NCBI GenBank assembly: GCA_943787795.1
Contig: CALSNU010000001.1
Span: 928,001 to 992,000, forward strand
Length of the DNA stretch: 64,000 nucleotides
Source of the DNA: an uncultured bacterium
GTDB lineage: Bacteria > Planctomycetota > UBA1135 > GCA-002686595
Direction of reading: 5' to 3'
Below the pieces are notes generated by a model, which did no database searches, was not told the origin of the DNA, and saw nothing but the letters and a program-made list of their open reading frames with translations. Numbering within the stretch: position 1 is the first letter of the stretch; each line of letters opens with the position of its first letter. This document shows, one piece after another, positions 56,772 to 64,000 of the stretch. Made by a program: the position numbers and the translations under genes.

Positions 56772-58137
56772 ATGCCGTTCACCGACCACGAGATCCTCGA
56801 GACCGTCCGGATGTTCGAGCTGGAGACGTTCGACATTCGAACGACCACGCTCGGCATCAACCTGCTCGACTGCGCTGACCCGGACCTGGAGTCGTCGTGC
56901 GAGAAGGTCTACGCCAAGATCGTGCACCACGGTCGCAACCTGGTGGAGACGGCGGGCAGCATCGAGTCGGACCTGGGCATCCCGATCATCAACAAGCGGG
57001 TCGCCACCACGCCGATCGCGCTGGTCGCGGCGGCCTCCGGCTCGAAGGACCTCGTCCCCTTCGCGCGCGCCATGGACGCGGCCGCCGAGGAGATCGGGAT
57101 CGACTACATCGGCGGCTACACCGCGTACGTGCACAAGGGCTACTCCAACGCCGACCACGCCCTGCTGGAGTCCATCCCCGAGGCGCTCGCGTCCACCGCG
57201 CGCGTCTGCTCCTCGGTCTCCCTCGCGACGACCAAGGCCGGGATCAACATGGACGCGGTCTCGCACTTCTCGAAAGTGGTCCTCGACACTGCGCGTCTCA
57301 CCGCGAGCGAGGGCGGCCTGGGCTGCGCGAAGCTGGTCTGCTTCTCCAACCCGGTGGAGGACAACCCGTTCATCGCCGGCGCCCACATCGGCATCGGCGA
57401 GCCGGAGACGGTCCTCAACGTCGGGGTGTCCGGCCCCGGCGTGGTGCGCTCGGCCCTCGAGCGCCTCGGCCCCGACGCCGACCTGCTGGCGGTCGCCGAG
57501 ACCATCAAGCGCACGGCCTTCAAGATCACCCGCATGGGCGAGCTCGTGGGCCGCGAGGCCGCGCGCCGGCTGGGGACCGTGTTCGGCATCGTCGACGTGT
57601 CCCTCGCGCCGACTCCCGCGGTGGGGGACTCGGTGGCGGACATCCTGGAGCTCATCGGGGTGGAGCGGACCGGCGCGCCGGGCACCACCGCCGCCCTCGC
57701 GCTGCTCACCGACGCCGTCAAGAAGGGGGGGGCCATGGCCTCGTCCAGCGTCGGCGGCCTCTCCGGGGCGTTCATCCCGGTGTCCGAGGACGCGGGGATG
57801 ATCCAGGGCCGTGGCGGACGGCGCCCTGAGCCTCGCGAAGCTCGAGGCCATGACGACCGTGTGCTCGGTCGGCCTCGACATGATCGCGGTCCCCGGGGAC
57901 ACCAGCCAGGCGACGCTCGCGGGCATCATCGCGGATGAGATGGCGATCGGCATGGTCAACCAGAAGACCACCGCCGTGCGCGCGATCCCGGTGCCCGGCA
58001 AGAGGCCCGGGGAGACCCACGACTGGGGCGGGCTGCTCGGCACCGCGATCGTCCAGGACCCCGGGAGGTTCGGCAGCGAGGTCTTCCACTCCCGCGGCGG
58101 GCGGATCCCCGCGCCGCTCCAGAGCTATCGGAACTGA
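56772..58137 (+). CDS. PFL-fold protein DUF711/UPF0210; apparent +1 frameshift at GGG 57806-57808
   Basis: [55 protein letters not shown]. After the shift: [15 protein letters not shown]...RGGRIPAP. Corrected length 454 aa. Confidence 0.92.
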
Positions 58138-58141
58138 GGGA

Positions 58142-58498
58142 GGAGACGGTCGCGCCGGTCCTCGGGCGCCCGAGGACTCCCGCTCCGGCCCGGGGCTCGT
58201 CCCCCTGCTCTGGGGGAGCCTCGTCCTCGTGGCGGCGGCGCTGGCCCTGGCGATCAAGGACATGAGCGGGGCCAACCGGCCCCACGAGCTCACCCTCTCC
58301 CCGCTGGTCGCGCTGCTGCTGCTCGTGAACGGTGGCGTGTTGGTCGCGGCCATTCGAGTGCACGGTCAGCGCCTCGCGCGGCGGCGAACCGTCCTGCGAG
58401 GCCTGCAGCACGGGGGGCTCTGGCTGTACGCCGCCGTCTGCGCGCTGCTCCTGGTCATCGCCACCGCCACGGCGATCGACGTGTTCCTCGCTCGCTAG
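58142..58498 (+). CDS. Possible small three-TM membrane protein (start codon not identifiable)
   Basis: Three hydrophobic helices in one frame ending at TAG 58498. A GGAGGAG motif follows the DUF711 stop, but no in-frame start lies next to it. Confidence 0.45.
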   Translation, partial: GDGRAGPRAPEDSRSGPGLVPLLWGSLVLVAAALALAIKDMSGANRPHELTLSPLVALLLLVNGGVLVAAIRVHGQRLARRRTVLRGLQHGGLWLYAAVCALLLVIATATAIDVFLAR

Positions 58499-58657
58499 GT
58501 CACCGGCCACGGGGCGCGTTCCGGCGCGCTGGCTCCGGGGAAGTCGTCCGCTCATGAGACCCTGGCGGCGCGGGTGCGTGCCCGGGTCCACGGTTTCCCG
58601 AGGGGCGCCTACGATGGCGTCGTCCCCGCTCCCCTCAGAGTCCCCAGCTCCAGCGCC

Positions 58658-61114
58658 ATGCGTCACTCCCTGCACCTCGCCGCCGCGTCCGCCCTCGTCC
58701 TCGCTCCGCTCGCCGCAGCGCCCCAGGGCGAGGGGCCGGGGCAAACCGATGCCGACACGCGCATGCGCCTGTACGGGGAGCACCTCGACCTGGTGTCGGG
58801 CTCTCCCCATGGGGACCTCAACTGGCAGTTCGCCGGCCCGACGAACATCAGCGGCCGTATCACTGACGTGGCGGTCACGAGCCCGCGGGGCGAGACCTAT
58901 ACGCTGTACGTCGCGGGCGCGTCCTCCGGCGTCTGGAAGTCCATCAACGAGGGGGTCTCATGGGAGTGCGTGTTTGACGAGGCGCCCAGCATGTCGATCG
59001 GCGACGTGACCCTGGACCCCTCGAACCAAGAGACGGTCTGGGTCGGCACGGGCGAGGCCAACATCTTCCGCAGCTCAATGGCCGGCGCCGGGGTCTACCG
59101 CTCGCTGGACGGCGGGGCGACCTGGGAGCACCGCGGCCTCGCGGAGACGCACACGATCGCGCGCATCGTCGTGCACCCCGGCGACTCCGACACGGTCTAC
59201 GTGGCCGCCTCCGGCAACGAGTGGACCTCGAACCCCGAGCGCGGCGTGTACCGGACCCGGGACGGCGGCGAGAACTGGATCCAGGTCCTCTCCGTGGACG
59301 ACGAGTCCGGCGCCATCGACCTCGTGCTCGACCCCGCGGACCCCGACACGGTCTACGCCTCGACCTGGCAGCGCACGCGACAGCGCTGGAATGACCCCCG
59401 CAACACCCCGACCACCGCCGGGAGCGGCATCTGGCGCAGCGACGACGGCGGCGACAGCTGGAGCCCCATCAACGAGGGGCTCCCGGAGCCGCGCTTTCGC
59501 GGCCGGATCGGGATCGACCTGTGCGCTTCGCAGCCAGAGACGATCTACGCCTTCGTCGACAACTACGAGCTGGGCGAGGTCGGCGAGGATGAGGTCGACT
59601 CCTACAACCGCAAGCGCAAGGCCTCGATCAAGGGCGCCGAGGTCTACCGCTCCGATGACAGCGGCGCCTCGTGGCGCCGGGTGTCGGAGTCCAACGAGAC
59701 CATGCGTCGGCTCTCCGCGACCTACGGCTGGGTCTTCGGCCAGCTGCGCGTCGATCCGACCGACCCCGAGCGTGTCTACGTCATGGGGCTTGGCCTCAAC
59801 GTCTCGGAGGACGGCGGCAAGACCTTCCGTCGGCTGCGCGGCATGCACGGAGACCACCACGCGCTCTGGATCGACCCCGAGAACCCGCGCTACCTCGTCA
59901 ACGGCAATGACGGCGGGGTCGCCATCTCCTACGACGGCGGCGAGCGCTGGCGCACCTTCTACGACAACCTCCCGCTGGCGCAGTTCTACAACGTGGGCCT
60001 CGACATGGCGGAGCCGTTCCGCGTGTACGGGTCCGTCCAGGACCACGGGTCCTATCGGGCGGAGGTCGATCTCCGTCGAGGCCGCGACCGCGTACGCGCG
60101 GTGGACTTCGAGCGGGCGCCGGGCGGTGAGGCCAGCTATCACGCCGTGGATCCCACGGACGCCGACGTGGTCTACCACGAAGGCTTCTACGGATCGATCC
60201 GCCGCGCTCACATGGAGAGCGGAGAGCGCGTGACCCTCGACCTCCCGGTGGCGGATGGGGAGGAGGATCTACGCGGCCAGTGGTTGGCCCCCTTCCTGAT
60301 CTCCCACCACAACCCGCGCATCATCTACCACGGCATGAACAAGGTCTTCCGCTCCCTCGATCGGGGGGAGAACTTCGAGGCCATCAGCCCGGACCTCTCC
60401 TTCGCCAGGGACGAGCGCAAGGGGGACATCCCGTTCCAGACCATCACGACGCTAGCAGAGTCACCGCAGCGCTTCGGGGTGTTGTACGCGGGGACGGACG
60501 ACGGGCGCCTTCACATGACCGGCGACAGCGGCGCCACCTGGACCGAGCTCGGTGACCGCTTCGCGCCGGACCGAGCCTTCTCCAGGGTCGAGGCCTCGCG
60601 CCACACGGAGGGCGTCATCTTCGCCGCCCAGAACGGCAAGCGGAACGAGGACTTCACGCCTTACCTCTGGATGTCTCACGACCACGGTGAGACCTGGCGC
60701 AGCATCGCGGGAGGGGTCCCCCTCGGTCCGATCAATGTCATCCGCGAGGACCCGAAGAACCCGCAGGTGCTCTACGTCGGCACCGACCTGGGCGTCTATG
60801 TGTCGTCCGATCGCGGGGGGAGCTGGGACGCGCTGGTGGCCGGGCTGCCCAACACCTTCGTCCATGATCTCGCGGTGCACCCCCGCGATGACGTTCTCGT
60901 GGCCGGGACGCACGGCCGGGGCGTCTGGGTCCTCGATGTCCGTCCGATCCAGGACCCGGAGGCCGCTCGCGCGGCTCGAGAGGCGGCCGAAGCCGCCGCG
61001 GCTGAGGCTGCGGCCTCGGACGGGGACGAGGAAGACCAGGAGGAAGAGGAGGACCCTGCCGAGGAAGAGGCGGCCGCCGCGCGGGCCCGTGCGGCGGGTG
61101 GCGCTGGAGCCTGA
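58658..61114 (+). CDS. Secreted BNR/Asp-box beta-propeller protein (VPS10/sortilin-like, often annotated glycosyl hydrolase)
   Basis: Signal peptide, GPTNISGRI, many SxDGGxTW Asp-boxes, HGDHH, GTHGRGVW; acidic tail. Confidence 0.9.
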   Translation: MRHSLHLAAASALVLAPLAAAPQGEGPGQTDADTRMRLYGEHLDLVSGSPHGDLNWQFAGPTNISGRITDVAVTSPRGETYTLYVAGASSGVWKSINEGVSWECVFDEAPSMSIGDVTLDPSNQETVWVGTGEANIFRSSMAGAGVYRSLDGGATWEHRGLAETHTIARIVVHPGDSDTVYVAASGNEWTSNPERGVYRTRDGGENWIQVLSVDDESGAIDLVLDPADPDTVYASTWQRTRQRWNDPRNTPTTAGSGIWRSDDGGDSWSPINEGLPEPRFRGRIGIDLCASQPETIYAFVDNYELGEVGEDEVDSYNRKRKASIKGAEVYRSDDSGASWRRVSESNETMRRLSATYGWVFGQLRVDPTDPERVYVMGLGLNVSEDGGKTFRRLRGMHGDHHALWIDPENPRYLVNGNDGGVAISYDGGERWRTFYDNLPLAQFYNVGLDMAEPFRVYGSVQDHGSYRAEVDLRRGRDRVRAVDFERAPGGEASYHAVDPTDADVVYHEGFYGSIRRAHMESGERVTLDLPVADGEEDLRGQWLAPFLISHHNPRIIYHGMNKVFRSLDRGENFEAISPDLSFARDERKGDIPFQTITTLAESPQRFGVLYAGTDDGRLHMTGDSGATWTELGDRFAPDRAFSRVEASRHTEGVIFAAQNGKRNEDFTPYLWMSHDHGETWRSIAGGVPLGPINVIREDPKNPQVLYVGTDLGVYVSSDRGGSWDALVAGLPNTFVHDLAVHPRDDVLVAGTHGRGVWVLDVRPIQDPEAARAAREAAEAAAAEAAASDGDEEDQEEEEDPAEEEAAAARARAAGGAGA

Positions 61115-61301
61115 GCTGCGGCCTCGTCGCCTCCGGGCGAGACGGAGGGGCGCACCAGACGACCCCCAGGGCCGGATCAGGCGTCGCGGGGCATAGAAAT
61201 CTGATCGCCCGAAGTCGTAAACCGGGGCCGGACCCCATGCTAGATCCAGACGAATCCAAGGCGCCGCGAAAGCGCTCTTGACCCTCTCCCAAGAAGCCAC
61301 C

Positions 61302-62456
61302 ATGACGTTCGGCCTCCTCCTGACCGCCCTCCTCGCGCCTGCCCCGGTCGCAGAGCACGCCTCACTCGACGTGAAGGCGTACCGGACCTGGAAGATCGAG
61401 CTCCCCGCCGACCCCTTCCAGAAGGTCTCAGGCACCATCCCGATTCCCCACGCCGATGGAGCGGGCTTCCTCGTGGAGCCCCGCGGCCAGGGCCTCGCGA
61501 TCGACACCGATGGTGACGGCGAGGTGGACCGCGAGCTCAACGGGCGGAAGGACCCGGACACCCAGGTGCGCCACGCCCGCGTGGTGCTGACGGGCAAGGC
61601 GACCGACGGCGGAGACCTCCGCTACCCCGTCCGCTTCAAGGACGAGGGCTCCGGTTGGACCTGGGCCGCGGGCGGCGCGCTCGTCGGTCAGGTCGGCGGC
61701 GTCGGGCTGCAGATCATCGACCTCGACGGCAACGGATCGTTCCACGACGTGGGCCGTGACGCCGTCGTCGTGGGCGGCACAGGCGTCGCGCAGTTCCTCG
61801 GCGAGACCCTCGCCGTGGGGGACGGGCTCATGAGCCTGACCTTCGAGGACGGGGATCGCGGCCTCGCGGTCGAGCCCTTCGATGGCGCCACAGGGACCCT
61901 GGATATCGCCACCGACTTCGGGGGCAAGGGCGTGATGCTCGCGGCCGTCGTGCAGTCCGTGGACGGCCGCCAGAGCTTCGAGCTGGGCGCGCACGATGGA
62001 AAGGTGACGGTCCCCGCAGGCAGCTATCGCCTCGTCACCGCAGCGCTGGGCCTCGGCGACGCGAGGGTCGAGGTGGACCCCGCGCGCATGAAGGCCGTCA
62101 AGGTCTCCGGCGACGCCACCGCCAAGCTGGGATGGGGCGCGCCCATTCGCGCCACCTTCGACTACGAGCGCGAGGGCGGCGAGCTGACGTTCGACCCGCG
62201 TCGGGTGAGCTACGTCGGCGCAGGCGGCGAGCGTTGGATTGGCTGGAACCCGATCGGCAAGAGCCCGAAGTTCCAGGTCAAGGAGAAGGACACCGGCGAC
62301 GTCCTCGTGGACGTGGTGTTCCCTGGCTCTTGCTGAGGCAAGGGCTTCGTTCCGGCCACCGTGAGTGTGCCGGCCACCAAGGACATCACCGTCGACATGA
62401 CCGCCCAGACCTGGGCCTTTGGCGAGATCCAGGGAGCTCCGCTGGCGAGCCGCTGA
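61302..62456 (+). CDS. Exported protein with DxDGxG motifs; candidate selenoprotein (UGA 62334-62336 read through to 62456; otherwise ends at 62336)
   Basis: Signal peptide; IDTDGDG and IDLDGNG. ...FPGSC-TGA-GKGF... is followed by 39 more GC3-rich codons and a SECIS-like hairpin. Confidence 0.7.
62352..62373 (+). promoter_or_regulatory. Candidate bacterial SECIS hairpin
   Basis: ccggccac-CGTGA-gtg(t)gccgg: 8-bp stem with a bulged U; the loop has GU at positions 2-3 and starts 23 nt after the UGA. Confidence 0.55.
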
Positions 62457-62457
62457 T

Positions 62458-62508
62458 CCGTTGAACTTCAAGAGCCGTTGAACTTCAAGAGCCGTTGAAC
62501 TTCAAGAG
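62458..62508. repeat. Three perfect 17-bp tandem copies of ccgttgaacttcaagag, each with the palindrome TTGAA-C-TTCAA
   Basis: Directly visible at 62458-62474, 62475-62491 and 62492-62508. Confidence 0.95.
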
Positions 62509-62627
62509 GCGGACCGGTGGGAGCACCGGGCGCCCCGTCGCGCGCTCGATAGCGAGTTCGCGCTGACGGTCCCGACACCACCTTCGGCGGGCCCCATAGG
62601 GCCCGCCGAAAACACTCCCTTCCCTCC

Positions 62628-64000
62628 GTGCCCTTCGCTGCCCACTCGCTCCTCGGCGTCTCCCTGCTCCTCTGCGCTCCCGCGGCCGCCCACGCCCATC
62701 CGGGTGAGGCTCAGGGCGGTGGCTCGATGGCCGTCTCCGTCGTCGGGCAGCGCCTGATCGTCTCCTGCGACCTCTCCACGGCGGCGAACCGGATCCCGGT
62801 CAACCTCTTCGTGGAGCTCGAGGGGCGCCACGGCCTCCAGCTGGCCAACAAGGCCGCGGCGGGCCTCAAGGCGGAGACGAGCGACGGCAAGCCGCGCCCG
62901 ATCACCATGCACTTCGGCGACTTCGAGGTCGTCGTCCCCGCCCGGGAGCTCGGGGACGAGGACCTCTTCGCCGCCTTCACCAAGTACCACTCCGCCGAGA
63001 TGGGGGAGAACGCCCTGGTGGGATCGATCGGGGTCGAGGTCCTCCGGGATTGGGACGTCACGCTCCGCGTGGGCGACGGGCAGATCGACCTCAGCCCGAT
63101 CCAGGCGGACGCCCCGGCCCCGCCGATGGCGCTCAACATCATGGACGACGGCACCGTCGTCGCGCCCCTGACGCTCATCGACGACATGGCGTGGATCCCG
63201 GTCCGCTGGAGCGACGGGGCGGCGGGGGGGCTGATGGTGGGGACCGCCGTGTACGACACGCGCATCGACGCCCGCGCCGCAGCCCGCCGTGGGCGACCCG
63301 CCGGGGACGTGGGCCCGATCAAGCTGGCGGACATTGACCTGCATCGCTACGTCGCGTTCCGGCCCGAGCCGGTGGTGCAGGTGCACCCGGACAGCGTCGT
63401 CGGCGTCACCGGGGTCAACCTCCTGCGCTGCCTCGAGGTGTCCCTGGACAGGAGCAAGAGCGAGCTTCGCGTGCGGCCGGTGCGCGAGGCGCAGTTCCCC
63501 GACGCAGACCTGCAGTTCTTCCAGGCCCGCGCAGACGAGGACCCCGACGCCGTGCTGGGCTTTCTCGAGGAGCACCCCGAGGAGCGCCTCGCCGGCGAGG
63601 CCGCGCGCCTCCTCCTGGACTACCGCATCGAGGACGCCGCCCCCTCGGATGAGATCGACTCCGCCGTCCAGTGGGTCTTTGAGACCGAGGTCGGCGACCT
63701 GCGCACCACGCGCATGCTCGACCTGATGAAGGAGATGAGCGACGCGGGCGAGGTCGGCGTCGTGATCGCGGCGGGCCGACTCGGTGTGGATGCGGGCCGC
63801 GACGACCGTTACCCGAACGCCGTGCACGAGGTGCACGGGCTCCTCGGGCGGACGCTCCTGGACGAGGGCGAGGGCGACGAGGCCTGGCGGCACCTGCTCT
63901 CGGCCGCCTTCGGGCTGCCTGAGGACGGCAGCATCAACCTGGACCTCGGCCGCTTCTACGAGCAGCAGGGCCGCTACCGCCGGGCCTTCTCCCGCTACGT
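62628..64000 (+). CDS. Exported protein with two degenerate retropepsin-like domains and TPR-like helices; runs off the window end
   Basis: Absent from the ORF track because it has no stop. GTG start, signal peptide ending AAAHA, GSIGVEVLRDWDVTL and GVTGVNLLRCLEVSLD, then NLDLGRFYEQQGRYRRA. Confidence 0.75.
   Translation, partial: MPFAAHSLLGVSLLLCAPAAAHAHPGEAQGGGSMAVSVVGQRLIVSCDLSTAANRIPVNLFVELEGRHGLQLANKAAAGLKAETSDGKPRPITMHFGDFEVVVPARELGDEDLFAAFTKYHSAEMGENALVGSIGVEVLRDWDVTLRVGDGQIDLSPIQADAPAPPMALNIMDDGTVVAPLTLIDDMAWIPVRWSDGAAGGLMVGTAVYDTRIDARAAARRGRPAGDVGPIKLADIDLHRYVAFRPEPVVQVHPDSVVGVTGVNLLRCLEVSLDRSKSELRVRPVREAQFPDADLQFFQARADEDPDAVLGFLEEHPEERLAGEAARLLLDYRIEDAAPSDEIDSAVQWVFETEVGDLRTTRMLDLMKEMSDAGEVGVVIAAGRLGVDAGRDDRYPNAVHEVHGLLGRTLLDEGEGDEAWRHLLSAAFGLPEDGSINLDLGRFYEQQGRYRRAFSRY

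Noticed and set aside
55838..57808. Programmed ribosomal frameshifting
   Set aside because: No canonical slippery heptamer or evident stimulator, and the unshifted products would truncate conserved folds.
51356..58137. Assignment to the planctomycete PVM (fucose/rhamnose) microcompartment or to Eut/Pdu
   Set aside because: There is no class II aldolase, PduL, acetate kinase, lactate dehydrogenase, DeoR regulator, EutBC or PduCDE in the locus.
56772..58137. Calling this a glycyl-radical (GRM) microcompartment because of the 'PFL family' label
   Set aside because: The protein is about 454 aa, not about 800. It has no C-terminal RVxG glycyl loop, and no radical-SAM activase is in the window.
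11716..62508. CRISPR array among the tandem repeats
   Set aside because: Units are 13-17 bp and contiguous with no spacers, and there are no cas genes.
62583..62610. Perfect 12-bp hairpin ttcggcgggccc-cata-gggcccgccgaa as a terminator
   Set aside because: No U-tract follows it on either strand. It may be a 5'-UTR structure, but the sequence does not support a function.

Overview
Very GC-rich, gene-dense bacterial chromosomal segment. It is probably from a planctomycete-like organism; this is inferred only from gene content (prepilin-rich cluster, ribH-nusB-ftsY synteny, microcompartment genes) and is unverified. From left to right it holds: a set of minor pseudopilins (GspH/K/J/I-like) including a 1744-aa GspK-like protein with repeated modules; exported chaperones and scpB; an OmpR-family two-component pair; an O-antigen-ligase/TPR gene; ribH-nusB-ftsY; a two-subunit RND efflux system; lnt; a complete mreB-mreC-mreD-pbp2-rodA elongasome with a tandem-domain MreC and a roughly doubled PBP2; two SWIM-SNF2 helicases flanking an APC permease; and a bacterial microcompartment (BMC) operon. 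The BMC operon is the most interesting system. It has six shell genes and an acylating aldehyde dehydrogenase with a Cys4 tail, but no classical signature enzyme. Instead it carries an ACT-domain (UPF0237) / PFL-fold DUF711 (UPF0210) pair, and the ACT protein is fused to an EutQ/EutT-like N-terminal module. Three single-base homopolymer frameshifts fall in this operon and are probably sequencing errors. Near the right end is a candidate selenoprotein (in-frame Cys-UGA-Gly followed by a SECIS-like hairpin). I found no rRNA, tRNA, CRISPR array or mobile element. All family assignments come from motif recognition by eye, not from database searches.
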